A stretch of 64,000 nucleotides of DNA from Azolla caroliniana (Eukaryota; Plantae; Polypodiophyta): positions 7,502,001 through 7,566,000 of the forward strand of contig JBHGNT010000020.1 of the NCBI GenBank assembly GCA_043228905.1. Reading direction: 5' to 3'. Position 1 is the first letter of the stretch. Every line of letters begins with the position of its first letter. The notes under the pieces are model-generated. The model made no database searches. It saw only the letters and a list, made by a program, of their open reading frames with translations, and was not told the DNA's origin. Of the stretch, positions 24,495-37,699 are shown piece after piece. The translations under genes and the position numbers were made by a program.

Positions 24495-25604
24495 AGGGGG
24501 GGTTTGTTGGGTAATATGTCCCTCCAGATGGGAAGAGAAGTATCGTGTTGGTGAGTATCTCAGCTGAGGCCGAAACCGAAATTGAAATTGAAATTGAAAA
24601 CCGAAATCGCTTTGGAAGACTATAATTGTAAATAGTCTAAAATGCCCCTTGTGGGCTATACTTGTAAATAGCCAAAAAGTTGCTTTTGTTTATAAGCAAC
24701 TAGGGCAAACTTCAGTAATGTGTGGTTGATCATTATTGAAAAGTTAGAACGAGGTAGTTGCTTCTGTAACCGTGAGTGAGAGAGTGAGAGTGTAACTCTG
24801 TAGCCGTCTGTCAAACAAAGGAGAACTCGAGGTTGTTGCCTCCGAGTTCCGTATTTGTACTTCCTCTCTACTATAGTGATCTGTTTTCTCGGGGTTGGTG
24901 AACCCCCGTGGTTTTTCCCATTTCGGGTTTTCCACGTAAAATATCGGTGTCTCTGTGTCTTCACGTTTTTTTTGTTTGTGTACTAGTTCTTGGTTTCTGC
25001 ACATGAACTCGAACATGCAACCGGTTGTGGCCGGTCGATTCCTAACAAGTAGTCTCATTACTTCCATTCTCAGTGGTTTTCAGACCTACATCACGACCAA
25101 TATTATCCTTACCATTAGTGAATGTGTCTTTCTTATCCTTCAACATTTGACGATACGGAGATTATTTACTAGTGCAAATGTTATGTTTGCATTACGACCA
25201 TCACAATCAATTAACTCCTTTATTGATGGATCATTTAATATTCCATAAAGCACTACCTTTTTGTCTTCATTGCTGATGTGCTTGGTCTAAACATTGAAAT
25301 AGTCTACAACCTTTCTCTCTATGATAGTAATCTCATTGCTTCCATTCTCAGTGGTATTCAACCCTACATCACAACCAATACTATCCTTACCTTTAGTGAA
25401 TGTGTCATTCTTATACTTCAATATTTGACCATGTTTCCTTTTTTACTGCCTAGACATATTCATTAGTAAATTGAAACAAAAAAAAGACACGTAGCTAGTT
25501 ACTAAACCACATGCAAACCGGTTATTGACAGACGATGATTATACACAAGATAATCAACAAATGAAGATGTAGATGCAATGGCTACCAATCAGAGCGAACA
25601 ATTA

Positions 25605-25960
25605 TTGCAATCCATGATCGAACAATGGCAGCAATTGAGAGTACAATGGGGACAATGGAGGAGTGAACTCCATTGGATCGAACAATGGCAACAATCCAGA
25701 ATCAAACAGTGGTGGCAACTTAGAGTACAATGGTGACAATGGAGGAGTGAACCCTGTAGGATCGAACAGTGGCAACAATCCAGGACTGAACAGTGGTTGC
25801 AACTGAGTGTAGAATGGCGGCAATGGAGGAGTGAACTCCGTCGAATCGAACTGTGGTAGCAATCCACGACCGAACATTGGCGGCAACTGAGTGTAGAATG
25901 ACAGCAATGGAGGAGTAAAATCAATAGGAGCAAACAGTGGTAGTAATCTAAGCTTGAATA
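25605..25960. repeat. 84-bp minisatellite, about 4 copies
   Basis: CAATGGAGGAGTGAAC recurs every 84 bp, giving 28-aa periodicity in the ORFs. Confidence 0.85.
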
Positions 25961-26204
25961 GTCACAAAGTGATGGCCAATGTGATATGGCAATGGATCAT
26001 GCATAATGGGCCTAGGAATTTGGTATTTAATTTATGGTGCACATTTCCATTTATGGTGCACGTTTATGTTGCACATTTATGGTGTTCATTTATATAATTA
26101 AAACATTCTAATGTTTTCATTCATGGTGCAAAAATGACTAGTTATCACTGGTAGCGTTTTGCATAGCTAATTGTTTCCACTCCCATGCTTTCACCCAACT
26201 ACTA

Positions 26205-27185
26205 TATCACCACAGCATAGCCGAATAGTTGGTCAGCTACACAGATGCCGATTGGACCGGAGACGCCATGGATCGTCGGTCGACATTAGGCTTTATGTGC
26301 TCCCTTGGGAGTGCAGCGATAGCATAGAGCAATAAGAAGCAGCTGACAGTTGCCCTGTCAAGCACCGAGGTTGAGTACAAAGGGGCCATTGTCGTAGCGT
26401 GTGAGGTTATATGGCTCAAGCAACTATCACAGGATCTGCAAGTCGACTTTCCCGATCCGATCCTGATCTACTGTGACAACATCAACAACATGCAGCTAGC
26501 CAAGAACCCCGTATTCCAGGCTCACACAAAGCACATAGAAGTGCATTACCACTTTCTGTGCGAGCGGGTCCTTAGTGGTGAAGTCGATCTCTAGTATGTT
26601 AGAACTAATCGACAAGTTGTCGACACTTTCACCAAGGCGCTCGGATTGGACAAGTTGCAACACTTTTCGGAGATGCTTAGGCTTCAGCATTTCGACGTGC
26701 TGCACTTGAGGGGGAGAGGTGGCACAACAAGTGGGATAGTTAGAACATGTGGGACAGCTGGAGAGGAGAACAAAGGTAACAAGCTAGAGAAAGAACTAGC
26801 CAAAGGCAATAGGAGAGCCAAAGAAGAAGCTGAATCGACTGAGGAAGTCGAAAAATCCAGTAGAGCTAGAGTAGGCGGCAGAGGCGGCAAAGGCAAGAAG
26901 GACAAAGCTAACTAAAAGACGAAGGCTAGGACCAGGACATGGGCAGATGTGGTCAAAGGCCAGAAGAAAGGTGAATCTGAGACATCTGATTCAAACAAGA
27001 CAAAAGACGAATCGGAGACGGCCGTTTCGGGAGAGCCAAATCATATGAAGGCCAGGAGGACAAGAAGGAAGCCGAAGCTAACACCGAAACAAAGGAGTAA
27101 ACTAGTCGAGGAGTGCCAAAGCCATAACAGCGAGGGAGCTTGACAAGGGCCTAACGAGAGACAAGCCAACCATAGGGGTCAAGGC
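26205..27185 (+). mobile_element. Copia A-family fragment A3 (RNase H plus C-terminal extension)
   Basis: YTDADW, ALSSTEVEY and HTKHIEVHYHF motifs. Colinear with 33010-33950. No LTRs. Confidence 0.85.
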
Positions 27186-27189
27186 ACCT

Positions 27190-27250
27190 TGCACCGTCCA
27201 TGACTGTGATTCCCTCACAAGGCCTATTTATGATTTGATAGCAAATAGTC
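27190..27250. repeat. Orphan right-hand TIR of the Ulp1-carrying TIR family
   Basis: Inverted relative to 27324-27385 and similar to 36560-36619. Confidence 0.6.
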
Positions 27251-27943
27251 CCAAGCATACATTCACAAATATACACATACACACATACATATGTAGGTAA
27301 ATACATACATAACATACACTTGTGTCTATTTGCACCTAAATCATAAATCGGCCTGGTGAGGAAACCGCGACCACGGATGATGCAATCGCTCAACCGAAGA
27401 AGGGTGTGATCTACATCGTCTGGTGTGGATAAAAAAACCGTGCCAAATAAAAAATTGTTAATAATTGCTTGGCTTTGACAACCTTAGTCAGCCGACTACT
27501 CGTGAGTCACCCAACTATCATAAGACAATCGCCCAACTAGTTGTAGCAAGTCTAAACATGGTTGGCCAATCAAATATGGTCACCCAACTCAAACAGTCAC
27601 CCCATTCAAATTAGGCCCCCCACTTAAATCAGTCACTCAACTCAAATGAATCGCTCAAAATCGTAAGTCCTAAGAAAATTCTGACACCATTTTCACCAAT
27701 ATGCATCATTTCCACCAAATCTTTCAATCACTCTAAACGTAAAACTTAAAATTTAAAATAACATATCAATTTACCATGAACTGAAACATTAAAACTTCGA
27801 AAATAGCCGAATTACACCATACTTAAAACTTAGAACTTAAAATAACAAATCAACTTAATACTTAATACTTCAAAAAATACACAAACTTAACGTTGGAAGA
27901 TTCAAATAACAAATCAACTTATAACTTATAACCTTTAACCAAT

Positions 27944-28456
27944 ATGACCGACAAGATAAAAAATGAAAGTTATTCCATTAATAAGGGTATTTGGTATACA
28001 ATGTATGGCAAGCAACCAATATACAAAATTATTCTTTGTACAAGGTATGGGCGATATCCAAAATACAAAATGTTACAATATACAATGTAAACCAATATTG
28101 CATTAAAGGTAAAAAATGACTGACAAGATAAAAAATGAAAGTTATTCCATTAATAACGGTATTCGATATACAATGTATGGCAAGCAACTAATATACAAAA
28201 TGATTCTTTGTTCAAGGTATGGGCGATGTCCAAAATACAAAATGTTACACTATACAATGTAAACCAATATTGCATCGATGGTAAAACATGATTGACAAGA
28301 TAAAAAAAAATAAAGCTATTCCATTAATAAGGGTATTTGATATACAATGTATGGTAAGAAACCAATATACAAAATGATTCTTTGTACAAGGTAAAGGCGA
28401 TGTCCAAAATACCAAATGTTACAATATACAATGTAAAGCAATATTGCATCGAAGGT
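27944..28456. repeat. Three tandem copies of a ~172-bp unit
   Basis: ATGA(C/T)(C/T)GACAAGATAAAAAA starts near 27944, 28116 and 28288. Confidence 0.9.
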
Positions 28457-29004
28457 GCCCACCAAGCAATATTGATCCGAGGTCGTTGCACGTCTTCGTA
28501 TCTATTGAGCGGCAAGCTCAACCGGATCCGGATCGGCTGAATAAGCCTGAGCCGGATCGGTGAGCCGGTGAGCAAGTGAGCCGGCGAGTTGGGGAGCCGG
28601 TTAACCGGATCCTGCAGTAACCGAAAGCCTAGTAGCAGCCTAGACTACTAGGTAGTTAATGGCTCCTAGTTAGTGTCAGACGCTCGTATGAGCATTGAAG
28701 TACACCGTACTTCTGTTAGTCCTCTTAGGACTTGTATAAATAGTGATGTTGAGCACGTTGTAGATATAGAGAACTATTATTGTTTTGCAATAGAATTTTA
28801 ACATTTTGCTCTTTCTCTGTCTCTCCCACGTACTTAGCATATTCAAGCTCTCCATTAAACCTACGTTTCTGTGTTTGGTCTTCTATTGCATCCGCGTGCT
28901 ATTCCTTTTACATGGTATCAGAGCGCGAGGGTTGAGAACCTCTGCAGCCAACATCAGCATCTGAAGACAAACCCTAAGACCCGGTAAGAACAAAAAGAGA
29001 AGTG

Positions 29005-32000
29005 ATGGACAGAGGAATGGCTAGCTCGCTCCCGGTGGAGAGGCTCGACAGATCCAACTACGCATCTTGGTCTTACAAGATGCACCAGTGCCTGCTTGGG
29101 CATGGTTACTGGAGCTATGTCGACGGAGCTAACGACACAACACCTAATGCGGCACACAAGGACTTCCTAGTGTGGGAACAAGCGGCAAGCAGAGGGATGT
29201 ACTGCTTTGCGTCCAGTGTCGGAGACCAGCTGTTGAGCCATGTCTGAGATGCCAAGACGCCAAAAGAAGCTTGGGGAAACCTGAAGAAGGTTTTTGCGGC
29301 AAGCACTACGGCTCGGAAGCTACAACTCCGACAAGAGTTGAGCAATGTCCGACAGAAGGACATGTCGGTAGCTGATTACACGACCCGAATCAAAGAGATC
29401 TCTGACTCATTTGCCTCTGTCAACATCACTATAGAGGAAGATGAGATGGTGCAGATCTGTCTTGGGGGCCTAGTGTCTAAGTTCAGAGCGTTCCGAACGG
29501 CGGTATGTACAAGGGAGAATACGCCATCATTTTTCGACTTACAATCGATGCTCCTTGTAGAGGAGAACCACGCCAGTGCATCAACAAGTGCACCCACCGA
29601 CAACCAGATGTTGTACACAGAGGCGAAAAGGCCCCGTGGGCATGGTGGACAAGGTGAATCGGCTCGCAATGGTAGCGACCGGCAAGAGCAAGACCGAAGG
29701 CACAAAGAACGTGCCGATAGCAGTTCCGGACCCTCCACAAGCAGGGGGAGTCAAGGCGGCGCCAGAGGCCGGCAAGCAAAGATCGACACGGAATGTTGGT
29801 ACTGTGGTAAAAAGGTCCATAGAGAGAGCGAGTGCTAGAAGCGTGCCGATTCGGACAGATCCGAATCCGGCAAGGCCAACAGAGAGAACCGGCAATACTC
29901 GCACTACGCAGAAGGATCGGAAGGATCCAAAACCGGAAAAGTCGATAAAGGGCCAGCTTTGGTGATGAAACATGAGGCTAACTCGATGAAGAAGACCACT
30001 TCCAAATTGAAGGAAGTGTGGTACGTTGATTCTGGTGCGTCGAATCACATGAAGACCCACAAAGAGTGGTTCTCCTTCTTGGAGAAACCGGAACAACCGG
30101 GAGTCGTCGAAACCAGAGACGACACTCCTCACCCAATCGTGCATGTCGGAAAAGTCCCTTTGAGCCACGTCGGACATAGGGGGAAGCTGATGAACGTATT
30201 ACACGTTCTGACTATCACGAAGAACATGGTGTCAGTTGGTCAGATCGTTTACCAGGGGATGCAGGTGCGGTTTACGCACCTTGGGTGCTTCATCAAGGAA
30301 GAGGACCAGATTATTGTGCAAGGACGCAGAGATGGCAGGATGTTCATCCTCGACACCAATGACGTCGGCATCGCTTTGTTTGCCAAAGGACAGAAGATTG
30401 AATCGGATATTGATCTCTGGCACAAGCGGATTGGTCACGTCAATTACCGGAGGCTTCAAGACCTACAAACGAAACAAGTTGTTTTCGGTTTGCTGAAGTT
30501 CAGTGGTCGGAAGGTCCAAATATGTGAAGCCTGCCAACTCGGGAGGCAACACCGGCTTCCATTCCCCACTGAACGAAACTGGAGCCGTAACAAGCTCGAC
30601 CTTATTCATTCAGATGTATGGGAACCGACACAGAATGTGAGTCTTGGCGGGAGTCGATACTTCGTCTCCTTCATTGACGACTATAGCCGGCACACATGGA
30701 TCTACCTCATCGAGCGGAAGAGCGAAGTCTTTGAGTGTTTCCGGAACCTGCAAAGCCTGGTTGAACGGGAACCGGAGAGGACGATCAAGTGCCTGCAGTC
30801 GGATGGCGAAAAAGAATATTTTTCCAGTCAATTCAACAGTTATCTACAGCGAAAAGGAATTCGGAGAGAGTTCGGCTGCAGATACACACTAGAGCAAAAT
30901 GGTTTGGCCGAGAGGAGGAACCAATCACTTATCAACTTGGCAAGGGCGATGTTGGAGGAGAAGAGCATGCCCAAATTCTACCGGGCTGAGGCGGTCTGGA
31001 CGGTCATCTACATCCAAAACCTGATCGGTGACAAGGTGTCCGGGCATGAGTTGTATTTCGGGCACAAGCCGAATTTGATACACCTTCGGATATTCGGTAG
31101 CATTGCATATGTGCATGTGCCAGATGAAAAGCAGAGCAAGTTGGATGCAAAGTCGGAGAAGTGCATCTTAGTCGATTACTTGCACGAGCAAAAGGGGTAT
31201 AAGTGTTATAACCCCCAAACGAAGTAGGTCCGAGTTAGCAGGGATGTTGAGTTTGATGAGACGGCATCATGGTATGCCTTACCGGATTCCACTTTCGACC
31301 CTTACCCGATATCGAAGGATGAGGCTAGTGAGCTTGAACCGGTCCAGTTAGAAGACGAAGGGTTTGAGACTCTAAATGAGAGTCCGGAATCCTTTCGGTT
31401 GAGCGGGCCGAACGAGCAGTTGAGTCGGGATGACCAATCGGATGAGGAACTGGCGAGTAGTGGAGACTCTGTCGTGCTCTCCCCGCGCAAGGAACCGAGG
31501 AGACGGTTCACACTCAAAGAGAAGGGGAAGAAGAAGATGCCATAATACGAAACCAGTCCAGTTAGAAGATGAAGGGTTTGAGACTCTAAATGTAAGTTCA
31601 GAATCATTTTGGTTGAGCGGGCCGAACGAGCGGTTGAGTCGGGATGACCAGTCGGATGAGGAACCATCAAGTAGTGGAGACTCTGTCGTGCTCTCCCCGC
31701 ACAAGGAACCGAGGAGACGGTTCACACACAAAGAGAAGGGGAAGAAGAAGATGTCGGAATACGAAACCGGCAACATTGAGTCGGATCGGAGCAAATCCGA
31801 CTCCGGAAAGGATGAAGGTGGATCCTTGGGAACGAAGTCCAAACCGGCCAAGAAGGGCCACAAACTGGGTAACGACAAGTTACGCCGGTCTTCCAGCCAA
31901 AAGAACCCCGTGAAGCGGTATGGGTACAATGAGTACATGGCGCATCACTACGCGTACATGACCAAGGTGGCGGAAGTGCGTGAGCCGGAGAGCTACGCAG

Positions 32001-34058
32001 AAGCGGCTAAGGACGCAAATTGGCATGCCGCTATGGAGGAAGAAATGCGGGCACTTGATGCGAACGACACATGGGACCTAGTTGACCCTCCCCGACACTG
32101 TAAACCGATCGGATGTAAGTGGGTGTACAAGGTAAAGTACAATGTTGACGGTTCGGTTAACCAGTACAAGGCCAGGTTAGTGGTGAAGGGATATGCACAG
32201 ACCCACGGCATCGACTACGACGAGACCTTCGCTTCGATAGCGAAGATGACGACGGTTCGTGTGGTGCTGGCGGTTGCTGCGGCAAGGGGATGGCATCTTC
32301 ACCAAATATACGTGAAGAATGCATTTCTTCAAGGAGATCTTGAAGAAGAGGTCTTTATGACCCAACCCCCCGGCTTCCAGTCGGAGATGAACAAGTCGGC
32401 AGTGTGCCGGCTGAAGAAGTCACTTTATGGCCTGAACCAAGACCCTCGAGCTTGGAATGCGAAGATCACGCATCGGTTGCGTAAGATGGGGTTTGCGGCC
32501 TCCAAGTATAACTCTTCATTGTTCAACCAGCAAGGTCCAGACGGCCCGGTTTGCATATTGTTGTATGTTGATGATCTAGTCATCACTGGACCCGGACTCG
32601 ATGAAATCAGCCGAGTCAAGTCCTAGCTGTCGGACGCATTTGAGATGAAGGACCTAGGGGACCTTCACTATTTCCTTGGGATCGAGGTGATCCGAACCCC
32701 CGACAGCATATTGCTCTCACAAAGACACTATGTGTTGAATATGTTGTACAAGTTCGGCATGACGGAATGCCGACCGATCTCCACACCCCTCGACCGGAAC
32801 CACAAGCTTCGTCCCAACTCCGAACCAGCAGGCGATGAGAAGCGGTTCCGACAAATCGTCAGAAGCCTTATATATTTGACAATCACCCAACCCGACATCA
32901 GTTATTCAGTTGGCGTGATCAGCCAATATATGCAGAAGCCGACCGTGGAGCACCTTCTGACCACGCATCGGATTTTGCGATATGTGAGCGGCACGAAGGA
33001 ACGAGGACTATTATATCGGCATGGTATAACCGAAGAGCTAGTCAGCTACACCGATGCCAACTGGGCCGACGATACTTCGGATCGCCGATCCACCTCCGGC
33101 TATATGTTTTCCCTTGGTAGCGCGGTTGTTGCGTGGAGCAGCAAAAAGTAGCCAACAGTGGCCCTTTCGAGCACTAAGGCTGAATACCGGGGCGCTACCA
33201 TTGCCACCTGTGAAGCCATTTGGCTTCGGCGACTGCTACAAGACCTACGGGTCGAGGTGCCAACCCCGATCTTGATCTACTGCAACAATATAAGCAGCAT
33301 GTAGCTTGCCAAAAACCTCGTATTTCATGCTCGCGTGAGCGAGCAATGGAGTCGAACTTCAGTATGTTCATACGGATCGGCAAGTTGCTGACATCTTTAC
33401 CAAACCACTCGGATCGGACAAGTTACAGCACTTCATCGAAATGCTTGGTGTTCAGCATCTCGACTTGCCACACTTGAGTGGGAGAACGAGCAAAGACACC
33501 GGAACAAGCAAAGGCAAAGAAACTGCCGATTGCGTCGGTGAGGGAAGAACCGACAAAGGGGGAGACAAGAAGAAGAAAGGAGCTGAGTCAACAAAGGAAG
33601 TTGACACATCTGAACAAGTCGGAACAAGCGGTAGCGGCGTTAGAGTCAAGAAGGACAAAGCCGACCGGAAGAAGAAGGCCAAGACCCAAACATGGTTCGA
33701 TGTGGTGACGGGCCTAGAACCGGAAGACAAATCGGGAGCGACTGATTCGGACAAGATCTGGAATGAATCGGAGACAGTTGATTCGGTTCAACAGACGGAT
33801 TCGGAAGAACCGGATCAATTCAAGGCCAAGAGGACGAGAAGGCAGCGAAAGTCAACGCCAACACGGAGGAATCGGCGAATCGGTAAGCGCCAAAGTCACA
33901 GCAGCGAGGGAGCTGAATTGGGCCTGTTGAGCAGACAAGCCGACCGAGGAGGTCGAGGTGCGCAGAATCAGAAGGGTCATGGCAAACAGGACCGGACCGG
34001 ACGAGGAGCGCGAGCGAGGCGGAGTGACGCCAGAAGGACTGACTGCCATGGAAACTGA
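29005..34058 (+). pseudogene. A2 gag-pol pseudogene with a basic C-terminal extension
   Basis: Gag, CWYCGKK knuckle, YVDSGASNH protease, integrase, YVDDL RT, YTDANW RNase H, then ~190 further codons in frame. Confidence 0.92.
31337..31764. repeat. 214-bp tandem duplication in the A2 INT-RT linker
   Basis: 31337-31550 is similar to 31551-31764, with AACC microhomology at the junction. Confidence 0.9.
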
Positions 34059-34522
34059 CACTACGATCCGACCTCAAGTTGAGCTTGAGGGGGAGTGTTG
34101 AGCAGCAAGCTCAACCGGATCCGGATCGGCTGAATAAACCTGAGCCGGATCGGCATCTAGAAGGATGAGCCGATAAGCAAGTGAGCCGGCGAGCTGGGGA
34201 GCCCGTTAACCGGATCCTGTAGTAACCGGAAGCCTAGTAGCAGCCTAGACTACTAGGTAGTTAATGACTCGTAGTTAGTGTCAGACGCTTGTATGAGCAT
34301 TGAAGTACACCGTACTTCTGTTAGTCCTCTTAGGACTTGTATAAATAGTGTTGTTGAGCATGTTGTAGATACAAAGAACTATTATTGTTTTGCAATAGAA
34401 TTTTAACGTTCTGCTCTTTCTCTATCTCTCCCGCGTACTATGCATATTCAAGCTCTCCATTAAACCTGTGTTTCTTTGTTTGGTCTTCTATTGCTTCCGC
34501 ACGTTATTCCTTTTACAATATC

Positions 34523-36000
34523 CGAACCAATTCTTTATGCTTTGGAACAAAATACGTACAAGAGCCAAGATCTATAAAATCCACATCTGATATCCAAATC
34601 CAATCATACTTAAAAAATCTGGAGATGTCCACCCAAGAATAAACTCTAGCAACATTTGTATGGTCTTCATCATGTAAAAGCCACAATCCCAACCATTTGG
34701 CTATGTTGGGATGTGCATTACATGATGTCGACCCTCCAACACAATGCAATGGTTGTTCGGTGCACTACATATTGTCCGAATCGCGATATTTGCAAGACTT
34801 TTTACAGTGCTAGTCGCCTCATTATTGAGTGGATTGTAGAAGACTATTGTGTTGGTCACCTTAGTAGAATCCATGCCATGTGGGTTGTGCCACAACTTTG
34901 TCCACAACACCGAATGGCCTGATACCACGATCGGAATGAAGACGAAATCGCTCTCGGACACACATCCAAGGATGTCCTTGGGGCAATGAGTACGCCATCC
35001 ACATGCTAAATAATGGCATGGTCCATGTGGATGCCATTTCTCCTACCTTGCACATCATTTGAAGATCAAACTTTGCCATGTCAATAGTGAGATCGAGCCT
35101 TCGGCATGCAAGTTGGTACTTGTTTCAAAGAAGAAACGCAATTTAAATTGAGCCACACTTAAAGCTGGAAGTTTCCAAATCTTAAAACACAAATCAAATA
35201 CCTAGCAAACTGTTTGTCCGGTGTTAGTATCCACAATCTAATGGCCTTGTCATACCCAATATTGACCCTGGCCACACTCTATGCTACATCATCTGAATTT
35301 GATGTTAATTGCACCGTAATTGTCACCAACTCCACCTTTTCCTTCTAACTTAACTTTTGGGATGCCTCCGTCTAGAGAGTGTTGTCTCATTGGATGGGTG
35401 ATGGGACACATATATCTTGGTTGAGAAACCACCATCTCCGGTGGATATCCCAACCTTTTTACATTGTGATACATCGAAATAAACACATCTTATGTACAAA
35501 AAAAAAAGATTATATATCACATGCTAAAAAAGCATGAAAGGTTCATACTTACATATGAAATCAATCCAATTGCAATCTTATTCTTTAGCATCTCCATCCG
35601 TTCTTGCTTTTTCAAGTTGTAGATGGCCATCTCCTAATCAATAAATATGGCCACAAAATTTGCCTCGTTGTCATGTCGGAGTTCAACAAGAGTGGAGTGG
35701 AACTTCAACATGGCTCTTATCTTTAGCTTCCATATGTGTGATTGCCAATTTCTGTGGTACTTTATCTTGGGGTCCATGAAAGGCTTTAGTTACCTTTGAC
35801 GCTCACATTTGTTGAAGCATGCCCCTAGAGTACCCTCTATCCGCATACCTCGCGGCAACACTATGTCAATGCCATGTGTCTTTTGCAAGTGTGCCTCCAT
35901 GTCTGATTTCTTTCAATACCATCTTCGCTCATGTCGGCAAGACTCAAGCACGATACATGGCCGACACTTCTTCCCTTGTGAATCTCACACATAGTAAGAA
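34523..36000 (-). pseudogene. Ulp1-like (peptidase C48) spliced pseudogene, copy 1
   Basis: DFVFIPIVVSGHSVLW, IVFYNPL, and *PNGWDCGFYMM (34674-34703) match the C48 His and Gln/Cys motifs. The C-terminus continues at 28497 beyond A2. The 5' limit is approximate. Confidence 0.75.
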
Positions 36001-37142
36001 TATGCAAAACAAAGTAACAATGTTTATTCCTGTCCACATTCACAATGCACTTTTGCACCGAAACTTGGAAGATTTTGGAATACCATTTTCACACAAAAAA
36101 ACTAGATTCATGGTTTCAGAACCATTTTCACGAAATATATGATTTCTAGCATAAACAAATTGTAGAAAAAGTAGAAACAAATAAAATACCAACCTATGAA
36201 GTAATCAAGTGGCGATGAAGATGTTGTTCCAAATGCATGTCATCGGCTGGTTGATTGATTTTGTTTTCTCTCCACCAAACTCTAATAGTCTCGTTTAAAA
36301 AATGTGACAAAATGACAGGTTTCAGGGCTTTATACAACGTCAAGTATTAGTTGGGCGACCACATTTGGTCGGATGACCCATTTGGTTGGGTGACCACACT
36401 TGGTTGGGCGATCGAGTTGGTGATAGTTGGGCGACTCACGAGTAGTCAGGTCACTAAGGGTGTCAGAGTTGGGCGACTACTCACGGCTTTTATATTTGGC
36501 GCGTTTTTTTTATCCACATCAGATGGTGCCAATCGCATGTGCCCTCAGCTGCACAACCTACATCGTCTGTGGTTGTGATTCCCTTGTCAAGCCTATTTAT
36601 GATTTAGGTGCAAATCGACGTGTCTATTATGCAACAAATCATAAATAGGGTTGGGGAGGGAATTGCAGCCACAGACGGTGCAGGTCACTCAGAGGAAGGC
36701 ACGTGTGATATGCATCGTCTGATTTGGATAATAAAAAAACGCCCAACCCTATCAGAGGTCGCCCAACTACCTATTGTGGTCGCCCAACCTACAAATTGTA
36801 GTTTCCCAACCTACCTATTGTTGTCGCCCAACCTAACTAAAGTGGTCACCCAACCTCTAACATATGTGGTCATCGAACCTACATTATTCAAAATAAGTTG
36901 GTCGCCCAACCGATGAAGCAGGTTTCCTAATCGACGACCATAAAACCCTAAAACCTGTCATTATCTCTCATTTTTTCAAACGAGATTGATAGGTATTTTT
37001 GCCGAGAAAGTGAAAAAAAAATTACGCGGCCTACAATTGACATTTCCAACAATCACATTTGCCATAGCCACCCTACTATTTCCCAAGTATGTATTTGTGT
37101 TTGTCTCTACATTTTCTGCTATTTATTTTTTAAGTGGTTGGC

Positions 37143-37640
37143 TTTTTCATGTCGATGGATTAGGGTCCGGGAGGAGATTTTGGTTGATATTATGATATTA
37201 GCTTGATATAATGACGTGAGATTAGAATGTTAGGAAGCAAGTGTGATGGTTTAGAACATGTTTAGGTTATTGATCATTAGAGATGTATGATGGTTTACAT
37301 TTTAATGCTTGATATTATAATGTTAATGGTTTACGGTTGATATTATGATATTAGCTTGATATTGATTATTAATGGTTTACGGTTGATATTATGATAGTAA
37401 TACTTGATATTAGAATGTTAATGGTTTTCATGTCGAGGGATTAGGGTTCGGGAGAAGGTTTTGGTTGATATTATGATATTAGCTTGATATAGTAGGTTAT
37501 TGATCATTAGTCTAGATGTGTGATGGTTTATGGTTTAATGCTTGATATTATAATGTTAATGGTTTACGGTTGATATTATGATATTATCTTGATATTGATT
37601 ATTAATGGTTTATAGTTGATATTAGATTGATATTATGTCT
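37143..37640. repeat. AT-rich compound repeat (TGATATTA subunits, ~282-bp duplication)
   Basis: TTTTCATGTCGA.GGATTAGGGT occurs at ~37144 and ~37425. Confidence 0.75.
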
Positions 37641-37699
37641 TGTTATTAAAATGTTAAGGAGAAGGTTTAGAACATGTTTAGCTTATTGATAAATCTTTA

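Larger units (their letters stand above)
19405..25046 (+). mobile_element. Ty1/copia (Tnt1/Tork-like) element B1, full length, degenerate
   Basis: LTRs 19405-19942 and 24505-25046, TSD AGTAG, PBS TGGTATCAAAGC at 19946-19957, PPT at 24493-24502. Confidence 0.95.
18856..25430 (-). pseudogene. Decayed ORF, possibly a DNA-transposon protein, split by B1 and containing a ~275-bp tandem duplication
   Basis: Minus-strand frame ...FWTNESRVSANKKDSCKKCVGRNQ*EEHPIHLLDVP followed by a GT donor. 19228-19404 plus 25052-25150 is repeated at 25154-25430. Confidence 0.4.
28503..34517 (+). mobile_element. Ty1/copia element A2, full length, degenerate
   Basis: LTRs 28503-28912 and 34096-34517, TSD GTATC/ATATC, PBS TGGTATCAGAGC at 28913-28924, PPT GAGGGGGAG at 34087-34095. 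Confidence 0.95.
27324..36619. mobile_element. Long-TIR DNA transposon (Mutator-like?) carrying a Ulp1-like gene, interrupted by A2
   Basis: Left end GTCTATTTGCACCTAAATCATAAAT is the inverted repeat of ...ATTTATGATTTAGGTGCAAATCGAC at 36619. Similarity runs ~200-300 bp and includes GTCGCCCAAC subrepeats. No transposase or TSD was seen. Confidence 0.6.

Noticed and set aside
26030-26130. Short TTTATGGTGCAC repeats as a transposon terminus
   Set aside because: No partner end or TSD was found.
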